In this document: one piece after another, positions 41,681 to 52,888 of the stretch
Layout: every line of letters begins with the position of its first letter
Position numbering within the stretch: the stretch's first letter is position 1
Assembly (NCBI RefSeq): GCF_058153355.1
Contig: NZ_CM177019.1
Direction: 5' to 3' (one strand)
DNA length: 64,000 bases
Notes under the pieces: model-generated
Database searches by the model: none
What the model was told of the DNA's origin: nothing
What the model saw: only the letters and a program-made list of their open reading frames with translations
Program-made: the position numbers and the translations under genes

Positions 41681-42642
41681 TTATCTTCACCTTACGCCGC
41701 ATTTTGTTATTGATTGTCACCTTGTTCCTGCTGACGTTCGTTGGCTTTAGCTTGAGCTATTTCACCCCACATGCGCCGTTACAAGGCGCTTCACTGTGGA
41801 ATGCCTGGGTGTTCTGGTTTAACGGCCTGATCCATTGGGATTTTGGTGTTTCCAGCATTAACGGTCAGCCGATTGCCGAACAGTTAAAAGAGGTCTTCCC
41901 GGCGACGATGGAACTGTGCATCCTCGCCTTCGGTTTTGCGCTGATTGTTGGCATCCCCGTAGGAATGATTGCCGGGATTACGCGCCATAAGTGGCAGGAT
42001 AACTTGATCAACGCCATCGCCTTACTGGGCTTTTCAATCCCGGTGTTCTGGCTGGCGCTTCTGTTGACGCTGTTTTGTTCACTCACGCTAGGTTGGTTGC
42101 CCGTTTCAGGGCGTTTCGATCTGCTCTACGAAGTGAAACCGATTACCGGTTTTGCGTTGATTGATGCCTGGCTTTCGGACTCACCGTGGCGGGATGAAAT
42201 GATCATTAGCGCAATCCGTCATATGGTATTGCCCGTGATCACCCTGTCGGTTGCGCCAACAACTGAAGTGATCCGACTAATGCGTATCAGCACTATCGAA
42301 GTGTATGACCAGAATTATGTAAAAGCGGCGGCGACCCGCGGTTTGTCACGCTTTACTATTTTGCGTCGCCACGTTCTGCATAACGCGTTACCTCCGGTTA
42401 TTCCTCGCCTGGGCTTACAATTTTCCACCATGCTGACGCTGGCAATGATCACCGAAATGGTCTTTAGCTGGCCGGGTTTAGGGCGCTGGTTAATTAACGC
42501 CATCCGCCAGCAAGATTACGCGGCCATTTCCGCCGGAGTGATGGTGTGTGGCTCACTGGTCATTATTGTTAACGTGATTTCTGATATTTTGGGTGCCATG
42601 GCTAACCCTCTGAAACATAAGGAATGGTATGCCTTACGATAG
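41677..42642 (+). CDS. sapB: Sap ABC transporter permease
   Basis: 321-aa hydrophobic ORF; 4-bp overlap with sapA. Confidence 0.9.
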   Translation: MIIFTLRRILLLIVTLFLLTFVGFSLSYFTPHAPLQGASLWNAWVFWFNGLIHWDFGVSSINGQPIAEQLKEVFPATMELCILAFGFALIVGIPVGMIAGITRHKWQDNLINAIALLGFSIPVFWLALLLTLFCSLTLGWLPVSGRFDLLYEVKPITGFALIDAWLSDSPWRDEMIISAIRHMVLPVITLSVAPTTEVIRLMRISTIEVYDQNYVKAAATRGLSRFTILRRHVLHNALPPVIPRLGLQFSTMLTLAMITEMVFSWPGLGRWLINAIRQQDYAAISAGVMVCGSLVIIVNVISDILGAMANPLKHKEWYALR

Positions 42643-43519
42643 CGTATACAGCGAAAAGCGCCCGCCGGGCACGCTGCGTACCGCCTGGCGCAAATTTTAT
42701 AGTGATGCCTCTGCGATGGTCGGTCTGTACGGCTGCGCGGGACTGGCTGTACTGTGTATTTTTGGCGGCTGGTTTGCGCCTTACGGAATCGATCAGCAAT
42801 TTCTCGGCTATCAATTATTGCCGCCTTCATGGTCACGCTATGGCGAAGTTTCTTTCTTCCTGGGGACTGACGACCTCGGACGCGATGTTTTAAGTCGTTT
42901 ACTGAGTGGAGCTGCACCAACCGTGGGGGGGGCATTTGTGGTGACGCTTGCAGCGACGATCTGTGGCCTGGTACTTGGCACCTTTGCCGGGTCGACGCAC
43001 GGTCTACGCTCAGCGGTGCTTAACCATATTCTGGATACCTTACTGGCGATCCCTTCCCTACTGCTGGCAATTATCGTTGTAGCGTTTGCCGGACCGAGTT
43101 TGTCGCACGCCATGTTTGCCGTCTGGCTGGCGCTGCTGCCTCGTATGGTACGTTCGATTTACAGCATGGTGCATGACGAACTGGAAAAAGAGTACGTTAT
43201 CGCCGCCCGTCTGGATGGCGCATCAACGCTGAATATTCTCTGGTTTGCTGTGATGCCAAACATCACCGCCGGGCTGGTCACCGAGATCACCCGCGCACTG
43301 TCGATGGCAATTCTCGATATCGCCGCGCTGGGCTTTCTCGATCTCGGCGCACAACTCCCCTCGCCTGAATGGGGAGCGATGCTCGGTGATGCGCTGGAAC
43401 TGATTTATGTCGCCCCGTGGACTGTCATGCTGCCAGGTGCGGCAATTATGATTAGCGTGCTGTTGGTTAACCTCCTTGGCGACGGTGTTCGTCGTGCAAT
43501 TATTGCGGGGGAGGAATAA
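42629..43519 (+). CDS. sapC: Sap ABC transporter permease
   Basis: 296-aa hydrophobic ORF. Confidence 0.9.
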
Positions 43520-44511
43520 TGCCATTACTCGATATTCGTAACCTGACCATTGAATTTAAAACCGGTGATGAGTGGGTTAAAGCCGTCGACCGCGTAAGTA
43601 TGACCTTAACCGAAGGTGAAATCCGCGGTCTTGTTGGCGAATCCGGTTCCGGCAAAAGTTTGATTGCAAAAGCAATTTGTGGGGTGAATAAAGATAACTG
43701 GCGTGTTACTGCTGACCGTATGCGTTTTGATGATATCGATTTGCTGCGTCTCTCCGCACGCGAACGGCGCAAGCTGGTTGGTCACAACGTGTCGATGATT
43801 TTCCAGGAACCGCAGTCGTGTCTTGACCCTTCAGAACGTGTGGGTCGCCAGTTGATGCAAAACATCCCAGCCTGGACCTATAAAGGCCGTTGGTGGCAGC
43901 GTTTTGGCTGGCGCAAACGCCGTGCCATTGAACTACTGCACCGTGTGGGGATTAAAGATCACAAAGATGCGATGCGCAGTTTTCCCTATGAGTTGACCGA
44001 AGGTGAATGTCAGAAAGTGATGATAGCCATTGCACTGGCGAATCAACCGCGTCTGCTGATTGCTGACGAACCGACAAACTCAATGGAGCCAACAACCCAG
44101 GCGCAAATTTTTCGCCTGTTGACGCGTCTCAACCAAAACAGCAATACCACTATTTTGCTTATCAGCCATGACTTACAAATGCTTAGCCAATGGGCGGATA
44201 AAATTAACGTGCTTTACTGCGGTCAAACGGTGGAAACCGCGCCAAGCAAGGAGTTGGTGACAATGCCACATCATCCTTATACCCAGGCGCTGATCCGCGC
44301 GATACCAGACTTCGGCAGCGCGATGCCGCATAAAAGTCGCCTCAATACGCTGCCCGGCGCTATCCCACTGCTGGAACAGTTACCGATTGGGTGTCGTCTG
44401 GGGCCGCGTTGCCCGTATGCACAACGAGAATGCATTGTGACGCCACGTTTGACGGGGGCGAAAAATCATCTCTATGCCTGTCATTTCCCGCTGAACATGG
44501 AGAAAGAGTGA
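43519..44511 (+). CDS. sapD: Sap ABC transporter ATP-binding protein
   Basis: 330-aa ORF with Walker A GESGSGKS. Confidence 0.9.
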
Positions 44512-44512
44512 G

Positions 44513-45319
44513 ATGATCGAAACGCTGCTTGAAGTGCGTAATTTAAGTAAAACGTTCCGCTACCGGACCGGCTGGTTTCGTCGTCAGACCGTAGAAGCGG
44601 TAAAACCCTTGAGCTTTACGCTACGTGAAGGCCAGACACTGGCGATCATTGGCGAGAATGGTTCTGGTAAATCCACGCTGGCAAAAATGCTGGCGGGAAT
44701 GATAGAACCTACCAGCGGCGAGTTATTGATTGACGATCATCCGCTGCATTTTGGCGATTATTCCTTCCGCAGTCAGCGTATTCGCATGATTTTTCAGGAT
44801 CCTTCGACCTCGTTAAATCCCCGTCAACGTATCTCGCAAATTCTGGATTTTCCACTGCGTCTGAACACCGATCTGGAACCTGAACAGCGTCGCAAACAGA
44901 TTATTGAAACGATGCGTATGGTTGGGCTGCTACCGGATCACGTCAGTTACTATCCGCATATGTTGGCACCCGGGCAAAAACAGCGTCTGGGGCTGGCGCG
45001 CGCGCTGATATTGCGCCCAAAAGTCATTATTGCCGATGAAGCCCTCGCCTCACTGGATATGTCGATGCGTTCGCAGTTGATTAATCTGATGCTGGAATTA
45101 CAGGAAAAACAGGGCATTTCGTATATTTATGTTACCCAGCATATCGGAATGATGAAGCACATTAGCGACCAGGTGCTGGTGATGCATCAGGGAGAGGTTG
45201 TCGAGCGAGGTAGTACTGCGGATGTGCTCGCCTCTCCGCTGCACGACCTCACTAAACGACTGATTGCCGGTCATTTTGGCGAGGCATTGACGGCGGATGC
45301 GTGGCGTAAGGACCGTTAG
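44513..45319 (+). CDS. sapF: Sap ABC transporter ATP-binding protein
   Basis: 268-aa ORF with Walker A GENGSGKST. Confidence 0.9.
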   Translation: MIETLLEVRNLSKTFRYRTGWFRRQTVEAVKPLSFTLREGQTLAIIGENGSGKSTLAKMLAGMIEPTSGELLIDDHPLHFGDYSFRSQRIRMIFQDPSTSLNPRQRISQILDFPLRLNTDLEPEQRRKQIIETMRMVGLLPDHVSYYPHMLAPGQKQRLGLARALILRPKVIIADEALASLDMSMRSQLINLMLELQEKQGISYIYVTQHIGMMKHISDQVLVMHQGEVVERGSTADVLASPLHDLTKRLIAGHFGEALTADAWRKDR

Positions 45320-45325
45320 TGTTTT

Positions 45326-45368
45326 GCACCTCATCCTGACAGGCCCCCCCCCTCAGGATGAGGTGTTC
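45326..45368. terminator. Bidirectional hairpin between the convergent sapF and MFS genes, with a C10 homopolymer in the loop
   Basis: cacctcatcctga - caggcccccccccc - tcaggatgaggtg; 13-bp perfect stem. Confidence 0.6.
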
Positions 45369-45369
45369 A

Positions 45370-46533
45370 TTACTTTTGATTGTCGATTCTGGTGAGAGCA
45401 ACCAGCAATGCCAGCGTATAACACACCGTAATTGCCAGACTCATTTTTAACAGTGTTTCTCCGCCAATTCCCGACAATGGCGCGGCTATACCGCCGAAGA
45501 CAAACATGCTCATCCCCATCAACGCAGACGCCGTTCCAGATTCCTGCGTCCCTACTGCACTCATAGCCTCTGCCCCGCCAACAGTGCCGATGCCGCTACA
45601 AAATGCGATGGTGAAAAATAATGCCACCAGTGCCGGAATGGGCAATTGTACCCATGCGCATAAGACCGTGAGCAATGCACACAAAATTGCCGCTATCAGG
45701 CCACCTCGCAACAATGTCATCGCGTTAATCCGTCGCGCCAGGCGCGAGAAGATCCATGAAGCAATGATAAGTCCGATGCCGTTAAGGCCAAACACCAGGC
45801 TAAATTGCATTGGACTAAAGCCAAATTCCTTCTGCAACACGAACGACGAAGAGCCGATATACGCAAACAAACCGGCCAGCATAAAACTTTGAATCAGGCA
45901 AAAGCGCATAAAAAGGCGGTTCTGCACCACGCTTCGTCCGGTTAATAGCAATGATGAGCCCCTTTTATTTTCTGGCAAGGTCTCATTAATAAATAACAGG
46001 CAGCCCAGCAACAGTACGGTGCTAATTTCAGCCATTACCCAGAATAAAGTGCGCCAGTCAAAAGTGCTAACAATGTACCCGCCCAGCACTGGCGACAACA
46101 CCGGTGCCAGGCCATTCACCGTCATTAACAGCGCAAAAAACTGGGTCAACGTTACTCCCTGATATTTGTCACGAGCAATAGAACGAGAGAGCACCGAACC
46201 ACCCGCCCCCGCGATCCCTTGAATAAAACGCCAGACCACCAGCCAGTAAATATTGTTCGTTGTCGCGCACAAAATGGAAGAAACAATAAACAATAGCAAC
46301 GACAAGATTAACGGACGTTTACGCCCTATTTTGTCGCTCAGAGGGCCAAATAACAGTTGTCCGACGCCAAGACCGATCAGTGATGCAGTCAGGGTTAATT
46401 GCGTTATGGTCGTGGTTGCCGCCAGTTGCTCAGACATCTCCGGCAAAGCCGGCAAATAAAGATCGGTACACATCGGGCCGATACCGGCTAAAAGACCAAG
46501 AATCAATGCCCATGAAAGAGAGACTCTAGCCAT
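45370..46533 (-). CDS. MFS transporter, 12-TM drug:H+ antiporter type (Bcr/CflA-like)
   Basis: 387-aa hydrophobic ORF with MFS signature region GPLSDKIGRKRP; last gene of a co-directional efflux cluster. Confidence 0.8.
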   Translation of the reverse strand: MARVSLSWALILGLLAGIGPMCTDLYLPALPEMSEQLAATTTITQLTLTASLIGLGVGQLLFGPLSDKIGRKRPLILSLLLFIVSSILCATTNNIYWLVVWRFIQGIAGAGGSVLSRSIARDKYQGVTLTQFFALLMTVNGLAPVLSPVLGGYIVSTFDWRTLFWVMAEISTVLLLGCLLFINETLPENKRGSSLLLTGRSVVQNRLFMRFCLIQSFMLAGLFAYIGSSSFVLQKEFGFSPMQFSLVFGLNGIGLIIASWIFSRLARRINAMTLLRGGLIAAILCALLTVLCAWVQLPIPALVALFFTIAFCSGIGTVGGAEAMSAVGTQESGTASALMGMSMFVFGGIAAPLSGIGGETLLKMSLAITVCYTLALLVALTRIDNQK

Positions 46534-46541
46534 ATTATTCC

Positions 46542-47915
46542 TTACTTGAGTGATGACATGCCGCCGCCCAGCGACTGCCAGAGCGTGATTCGGTTTGTAA
46601 AATCAGTCAGTTGCAGTGCCAGCAGCTCCTGCTGTGCGCTCCACAAGCTGCGCTGCGCCGTCAACACGGTCAGGTAATCACCAACACCCGCCTGATAGCG
46701 ACGCAAGCCAACATCGACCGTTTGTTGCTCAGCTTTAACATACTGGCGCTGTGCATCCAGTTGCTCTTCAAGCGTGGTCCGCCGCGCCAGTGCGTTAGCG
46801 ACATCTTTAAATGCGCTCTGAACGGTTTTTTCATAGGTGGCAATGAGCCCACGCTTTTGTGCTTCTGCGTAACGAAGCTGCGCCAGATTACTTCCGCCAG
46901 TGAACAGCGGTAATGTGACCGATGGTGCAAATGACCAGATCTGCATTCCGTGGCTGAACAACGACGACAATGCGTCACTGCCCACACCGGCACTGGCAGT
47001 CAGCGAAATCGTCGGGAAAAAGTTAGCCCGCGCCGCGCCAATATCTGCATTGGCGCTCTTCAAATTATGTTCCGCTTCCTGGATATCCGGGCGACGCAGC
47101 AGAACATCAGATGATACTCCCGCAGGAACCAGACTTATCATTTGTTCCGGCAGGCTTTCCAGTGTTCCCGGTAGCAGATTTTCCGCAAGCGTTGTACCTG
47201 CCAGTAAGTTCAGCGCATTTTTATCCTGCATCACTTGTGTCTGATAGCTGGCAACGCTGGCGCGCGCTTGCTGATAAACACTCATCGCCTCACTGACATC
47301 TGTCGCTGCCGCCGTGCCAACCTGTTGCTGGCGCTGGATAATTTTCAATGAGTTTTCTGCACTGGCCATCGTTTCTTTTGCCAGGGCCAGGTTGCTGTTA
47401 TCGGCCGCCAGTGTCAGCCAGGCGGTGCTGATTTCAGCAATCAGCGTTAAACGAGTGTTCTGGGCTGTAAATTCACTGGCAAGCCAGGTTTCCCGCGCCG
47501 CCCGAGATAAACTCTGATTACGACCAAACAGATCTAACGTATAACTGGACACCGTGCCGTCAGCCTCGGCAGTTGTTCCCGTACCATTCGCCAGCGAACG
47601 ACTGCGAGTCGAACTTAAGGCCGCATTCACCGTCGGAAATAACGACGCATTAGTTTGCCCATAGAGCGCCCGTGCTGAGTCAATATCAGCAATCGCTTTT
47701 TGCACATCGCGGTTACTGTTCAGTGCAATGGTTACTACCTGCTGCAATCGGGGATCGTGAATCACCTGCTGCCAGTCATGGCTGATTGCCTTCCCCTGGC
47801 CCTGTGCTCCCGGCAAGGTCGCCGGGATTGGGGATTCAGGCGTACTGTAGTGAGGATCGAGCGAGACACATCCCGCACTCAACAACACCAGAAAAATAAG
47901 AGAACGACGCAACAT
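46542..47915 (-). CDS. Outer-membrane efflux lipoprotein (NodT/OprM family)
   Basis: 457-aa ORF with lipobox (LLSAGCVSL) and OEP-type repeats. Confidence 0.85.
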   Translation of the reverse strand: MLRRSLIFLVLLSAGCVSLDPHYSTPESPIPATLPGAQGQGKAISHDWQQVIHDPRLQQVVTIALNSNRDVQKAIADIDSARALYGQTNASLFPTVNAALSSTRSRSLANGTGTTAEADGTVSSYTLDLFGRNQSLSRAARETWLASEFTAQNTRLTLIAEISTAWLTLAADNSNLALAKETMASAENSLKIIQRQQQVGTAAATDVSEAMSVYQQARASVASYQTQVMQDKNALNLLAGTTLAENLLPGTLESLPEQMISLVPAGVSSDVLLRRPDIQEAEHNLKSANADIGAARANFFPTISLTASAGVGSDALSSLFSHGMQIWSFAPSVTLPLFTGGSNLAQLRYAEAQKRGLIATYEKTVQSAFKDVANALARRTTLEEQLDAQRQYVKAEQQTVDVGLRRYQAGVGDYLTVLTAQRSLWSAQQELLALQLTDFTNRITLWQSLGGGMSSLK

Positions 47916-47918
47916 AAC

Positions 47919-50900
47919 TTACTCCTGACGGCGCGGTTTACCGGCAAACAAACGTTTCACCAGTACAAAAAACAGAGGAACGAAGAAAATGGCCAGTAAT
48001 GTAGCGGTCAGCGTGCCGCCAATAATGCCCGTACCAATGGCGATGCGGCTGTTCGCCCCTGCACCGGTTGCTATCGCCAGCGGCATTACCCCCGCAATAA
48101 ACGCCAGCGAGGTCATGATGATTGGGCGTAAACGAGTCTGCGCCGCGCGTAATGCCGCACGACTCAAGGAATAACCCTCTGCAACCGCCGCTTCAGCAAA
48201 TTCCACAATCAGAATGGCGTTTTTCGACGACAAGCCGATAGTAGTTAATAGCGCTACCTGGAAGTAAACGTCGTTGTTTAAATCACGCATCCAGGCCGCC
48301 AGCGCCGCGCCAAGAAGCCCCAGAGGGATCACCAGAATGACCGAGAACGGGACTGACCAGCTTTCGTACAGTGCTGCAAGGCAGAGGAAAACCACCAGAA
48401 TAGAAACTGCATACAGACTTAATGCCTGACCGCTCGCCAGTTTCTCCTGCAATGACAAACCACTCCAGGCCCAGGTTGTTCCCGCAGGAAGACTGTTTGC
48501 CAGTTCCTCCATTTTTGTCATTGCATCGCCGGAACTAAAGCCAGTCGCGTTTTCGCCCTGAATTTCATAGGCTGCCGAGCCGTTGTAGCGCACCAGTCTT
48601 TCCGGTCCATACTGCCAGCGGGTGGTCGCAAAAGCAGAGAATGGTGTCATGGCGTTATCGCTACCGCGCACAAACCATTTACCTAAGTCTGACGGCGCAG
48701 AACGAAATTCGCTGTCGCCCTGAATGTAGACTTTTTTCACACGACCACGGTCAATAAAGTCATTCACATAAGTACCGCCCCACGCACTGGACAGGGTGTC
48801 GGTGACATCATTCAAACTCAACCCTAATGACACCGCTTTATTGCTATCAATATCTACCTGCAATTGCGGCATTTGTGGCAAATCATTGGCGCGTACAGAA
48901 TGTAACTCCGGACTTTGATTCGCTTTTTCTATCAACTGATTACGCATTTGCAGCAGTGTTTCACGATCGGTTCCACCGTTAGCTAACAATTCAAACGTAA
49001 AACCATTGCTTTGGCCCAGCCCATCAACGGCTGGCGGCGTCATCGCAAATACCGTCGCATCACGAATTGTGCCCAGCTCTTTGGTAGCCCGTAGGGCGAT
49101 AGCCTGGGCGGTGTTTTCTGCCCCTTTACGTTGAGACCAGTTTTTCAACGAAACAAACGCCATCCCGGTGTTCTGTCCGCTGCCGCTAAAACTGAAACCA
49201 TCAACGGTAAAAATGACATCGGTATTTGCTTTCTCGTTAATCAGGAACCAGTCAACAATCTGGCGATTCACTTCTGCTGTACGGGCAGCGGTCGCCCCGG
49301 CCGGCAGCGTGTACTGCACCATGATTTCGCCCTGGTCTTCAGTGGGTAAGAAACTGCCCGGCAGTTTCCACATCATCAGGGCCATTCCACCACCCAGCAC
49401 GACATAAAGCCCCATCGTTCGGGCTGCACGGCGCAGGACATAAATTACGCCTCGCTGATATTTATCTTCAGTACGGCGGTAAAAGCGGTTAAATGCGCCG
49501 AAAAAGCCTTTTTTATGTGGCGGAACATGCTGGAGGACGGAACCGCACAGGGCGGGAGTCAAGGTCAATGCCACCACCACGGAAAGCAGCATTGCGGAGA
49601 TGATGGTGATGGAGAACTGACGATAAATTACGCCCGTAGATCCCCCAAAGAAGGCCATCGGCAGGAATACGGCTGACAACACCAGCGCAATGGCAACCAG
49701 TGCGCCAGAAATCTCGCCCATTGATTTTTCCGTGGCTTCACGCGCGGGCAACCCTTCGTCACGCATAATGCGTTCGACGTTCTCCACCACCACAATGGCA
49801 TCGTCCACCAGCAAGCCGATCGCCAGCACCATTGCAAACAACGTCAGGGTATTAATCGAATAGCCAAACAACGCAAGAACGCCGAATGTGCCCAGCCAAA
49901 CGACGGGGACAGCTAACGCCGGAATCAGTGTGGCACGCAGGTTTTGCAGGAATAAATACATCACGCAAACCACCAATACGATGGCTTCAAACAGCGTCTG
50001 AATTACGTCCTCTACGGAGATTTTAATAAATTCAGTGCTGTCTTTCGGGTATGCGATGTCGTATCCCTGCGGCATGTTCCGCTGGAATTCGGCAATCTTA
50101 TCCTTGACCAGCGTCGCCGTATTCAGCGCATTCGCACCGGGCGAAAGCATTACAGCAACCCCGGCAGACGGGTGACCGTTAAGTTTGCCGATAGCGGTAT
50201 AATCTTCACTGCCCATCTCAACGCGAGCCACATCTTTTATACGAACAACTGCGCCGTCTGACTGGCTTTTCACGATAATATTTTTGAACTGATCCACCGT
50301 CTGCAAGCGAGACTGCGCACGTACCGTTGCGGTCAGTTGCTGAGTATCCGGTGAAGGCAATGCCCCTATTTTCCCGGCAGTAACCTGCACGTTTTGCGCT
50401 TCAATAGCACTTTGCACGTCTGAAGGCATCAGCGAGTAAGACGCCAGTTTGGCCGGGTCGAGCCAGATGCGCATAGCGTATTCCGCGCCAAAGACTTGCA
50501 GACTCCCCACACCTTCAACACGCGCCAGGGGGTCCTGAACGTTACTGACCAGCCAGTCGGCGATATCCGAACTGGAGGCTTTGTCAGTGGTGTCATACAC
50601 GGCAGCAATCAGCAAAAAGTTGCTTTGTGATTTCTCCACCGTAACACCCGTTTGCTGCACTTCGCTGGGTAGGCGCGACTCCGCCTGCTGAATTTTATTC
50701 TGCACCTGAACCTGTGCAGTATCTGGATCGGTACCTTGTTCAAAGGTCACATTAATACTGACCGAACCATCAGAGCTACTGGTTGAGCTGAAATAGAGTA
50801 AATTATCAAGCCCAGTGAGTTGTTGCTCGATAACCTGAGTCACGCTGTTCTCCAGCGTTTCGGCAGAAGCACCAGTATAAGTGGCTGAAATTTTAATGGT

Positions 50901-51026
50901 CGGCGGTGCAACGTCAGGATATTGCGCGACGGGTAATGTGCGAATAGCCAGAATCCCCGCCAACATAATCAAAATGGCGATAACCCAGGCAAAGACCGGG
51001 CGGCGAACAAAAAAGCGCGAAAACAT
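47919..51026 (-). CDS. RND multidrug efflux permease (AcrB/HAE1 family)
   Basis: 1035-aa ORF MFSRFFVRRPVFAWVIAILIMLAGILAI...; size and N-terminus typical of AcrB-like pumps. Confidence 0.9.
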   Translation of the reverse strand: MFSRFFVRRPVFAWVIAILIMLAGILAIRTLPVAQYPDVAPPTIKISATYTGASAETLENSVTQVIEQQLTGLDNLLYFSSTSSSDGSVSINVTFEQGTDPDTAQVQVQNKIQQAESRLPSEVQQTGVTVEKSQSNFLLIAAVYDTTDKASSSDIADWLVSNVQDPLARVEGVGSLQVFGAEYAMRIWLDPAKLASYSLMPSDVQSAIEAQNVQVTAGKIGALPSPDTQQLTATVRAQSRLQTVDQFKNIIVKSQSDGAVVRIKDVARVEMGSEDYTAIGKLNGHPSAGVAVMLSPGANALNTATLVKDKIAEFQRNMPQGYDIAYPKDSTEFIKISVEDVIQTLFEAIVLVVCVMYLFLQNLRATLIPALAVPVVWLGTFGVLALFGYSINTLTLFAMVLAIGLLVDDAIVVVENVERIMRDEGLPAREATEKSMGEISGALVAIALVLSAVFLPMAFFGGSTGVIYRQFSITIISAMLLSVVVALTLTPALCGSVLQHVPPHKKGFFGAFNRFYRRTEDKYQRGVIYVLRRAARTMGLYVVLGGGMALMMWKLPGSFLPTEDQGEIMVQYTLPAGATAARTAEVNRQIVDWFLINEKANTDVIFTVDGFSFSGSGQNTGMAFVSLKNWSQRKGAENTAQAIALRATKELGTIRDATVFAMTPPAVDGLGQSNGFTFELLANGGTDRETLLQMRNQLIEKANQSPELHSVRANDLPQMPQLQVDIDSNKAVSLGLSLNDVTDTLSSAWGGTYVNDFIDRGRVKKVYIQGDSEFRSAPSDLGKWFVRGSDNAMTPFSAFATTRWQYGPERLVRYNGSAAYEIQGENATGFSSGDAMTKMEELANSLPAGTTWAWSGLSLQEKLASGQALSLYAVSILVVFLCLAALYESWSVPFSVILVIPLGLLGAALAAWMRDLNNDVYFQVALLTTIGLSSKNAILIVEFAEAAVAEGYSLSRAALRAAQTRLRPIIMTSLAFIAGVMPLAIATGAGANSRIAIGTGIIGGTLTATLLAIFFVPLFFVLVKRLFAGKPRRQE

Positions 51027-52147
51027 CAGGCATTGCCTCCATTAGCCTGAACTTCAACAGCCTTGACGGTCTGCCCTGAAGTGACTTTGGCAGAACCTTC
51101 AACAATCAGTCGGTCGCCGTTGTGCAGGCCGTTCAGCACCAGCCATTTATCACCATACGTTTCTCCCGTTTCGAGCGTTCGCTGCTCTACTTTATTGTCT
51201 TTATTCACCACCAGCGCAGTTGCATTGCCTTTAGCATCGCGCGTAACGCCCTGTTGAGGCGCGAGAATAGCGTTTTCCATCACGCCTTCATCGACACGAG
51301 CGCGAACAAACATTCCCGGTAATAACTGCTGTTGTGGATTGGGGAAAATTGCCCGTAATGTCACCGAACCGGTAGACTCATCCACCGCGACTTCGGTGAG
51401 TTCCAGACGCCCTTTTTCGCTGTAGGTTGTGCCATCTTCCAGAATAAGTGAGACGCTCATGGTGTCACTGTTGGTCGCCAGTGACTGTTTACGCAGACGT
51501 AATAAATCGACACTGGAGCGAGTGAGGTCGACATACATTGTATCCAGACCACGAATAGTCGTTAACGCTGTATCCTGCGACGCGGTCACCAGTGCGCCAG
51601 GGGTTACCGACGAAATACCAATACGCCCCGAAATCGGTGCGGTTACCGTGGTCCAGTCAAGATTAATGCGCGCAGTTTCCAGTGCGGCTTTTTTCGCCTC
51701 TACACTGGCTTTATCTTGTGCACAGGTAGACTGAGCATCATCAGCATCCTGTTGTGAAACACCATTCTCTTTCACCAGTCGGGCATAACGCTGCGCTTTC
51801 TGGCAATCGGCTTTTACCAGTGCCTGTGCTTGTTGTAATGCTGCCCGGGCTTCATTCCATGCAGCCTGATAACTGGCCGCATCAATCTGGTAGAGAGGCT
51901 GTCCAGCCTTGACCAGATCACCTTCCTTAAATAAGCGTTTCTGGATAATTCCCCCAACTTGCGGACGTACTTCAGCACTGAGCGCAGCACTGGTGCGTCC
52001 GGTTAATTCACTGACTACCGAAACCGGTTGAGATTTGAGCGTAACAACGCCGACTTCTGTTTCTGACGGGGATGAATTGTTACTTTGCGTATTATCACAA
52101 CCCGATAAGAGCAGCATTGCCACTACAGATGTTGCTATATACTTCAT
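51026..52147 (-). CDS. Periplasmic adaptor (membrane fusion protein, AcrA-like) of the RND pump
   Basis: ORF 51026..52180; preferred start MKYIATSVVAMLLLSGC (lipobox) at 52147, preceded by GGAG; stop overlaps the RND start. Confidence 0.85.
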   Translation of the reverse strand: MKYIATSVVAMLLLSGCDNTQSNNSSPSETEVGVVTLKSQPVSVVSELTGRTSAALSAEVRPQVGGIIQKRLFKEGDLVKAGQPLYQIDAASYQAAWNEARAALQQAQALVKADCQKAQRYARLVKENGVSQQDADDAQSTCAQDKASVEAKKAALETARINLDWTTVTAPISGRIGISSVTPGALVTASQDTALTTIRGLDTMYVDLTRSSVDLLRLRKQSLATNSDTMSVSLILEDGTTYSEKGRLELTEVAVDESTGSVTLRAIFPNPQQQLLPGMFVRARVDEGVMENAILAPQQGVTRDAKGNATALVVNKDNKVEQRTLETGETYGDKWLVLNGLHNGDRLIVEGSAKVTSGQTVKAVEVQANGGNA

Positions 52148-52174
52148 TATTTTCTCCAGGGTGAGAAATACCCT

Positions 52175-52275
52175 CCTCATTGAAATTAATGAGGATATGT
52201 CAGGGATATTCAGTTATAACGAACCCGCATCGCGAAATGAATTTCGCAATGAAATAAGGGGGATTAATATCCCCC
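52175..52275. promoter_or_regulatory. Cluster of three inverted repeats between the TetR gene and the MFP gene (candidate operators / pump promoter)
   Basis: tcctcatt-gaaatt-aatgagga (52174-52195), gcgaaat-ga-atttcgc (52232-52247), ggggga-ttaata-tccccc (52258-52275). Confidence 0.5.
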
Positions 52276-52295
52276 GCTATTGGTTAATTCTGTTC

Positions 52296-52862
52296 TTATT
52301 TATTTATCAACATACTAACAATATCCTGATATATTTCCTGCAGATGTTGTGGATCGCTTTTTTGCGGTGTTAAACGACGATAAACCGTACCTTCCATCAT
52401 GGTAGCAAACACTTCAACGCAGCAATGAATGTGATCGTCGCTAAGATGGGGATGCATTCTTTTCATATGTGCACAACCGTTAGCGAACATTCTGGCGTCA
52501 GCTTCTTCAAGCATTGCCATAACCCGCGGGTTGCGTGTGGCTTCTGCAGCCACTTCCAGCATCAGCGCGTCGTCGTCCTCATTTAAGGATTTACGCAAGG
52601 CAAGGACTTCCGGGAAGTGATCGGTACGCGCGTCAATGTCCATTTGGGCAATACGAAAGTCGATGATACGGCGAACCATCTCTTCAATAATGGCGTCTTT
52701 GTTGGCGAAGTAACGATATATCTGACCCACGCTAAGCTGAGCTTCGCTGGCAATTTGCGACATACTGGCGGCATGAAATCCGCAGCGACGAAAACACCGA
52801 CGGGCGGCGTTAATGATTTCATCCTGACGCTGTTTGTGGCGTATCTCCAGCTTGCTGGTCAT
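52296..52862 (-). CDS. TetR/AcrR-family transcriptional regulator
   Basis: ORF 52296..52961; preferred start MTSKLEIRHKQRQDEIINAARRCFRRCGFHAASMSQIASEAQLSVGQIYRYFANK (HTH near N-terminus), preceded by AGGAGA; co-directional with the pump genes. Confidence 0.75.
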   Translation of the reverse strand: MTSKLEIRHKQRQDEIINAARRCFRRCGFHAASMSQIASEAQLSVGQIYRYFANKDAIIEEMVRRIIDFRIAQMDIDARTDHFPEVLALRKSLNEDDDALMLEVAAEATRNPRVMAMLEEADARMFANGCAHMKRMHPHLSDDHIHCCVEVFATMMEGTVYRRLTPQKSDPQHLQEIYQDIVSMLINK

Positions 52863-52888
52863 TTCTGTCTCCTGGCCTATCACTTGGT

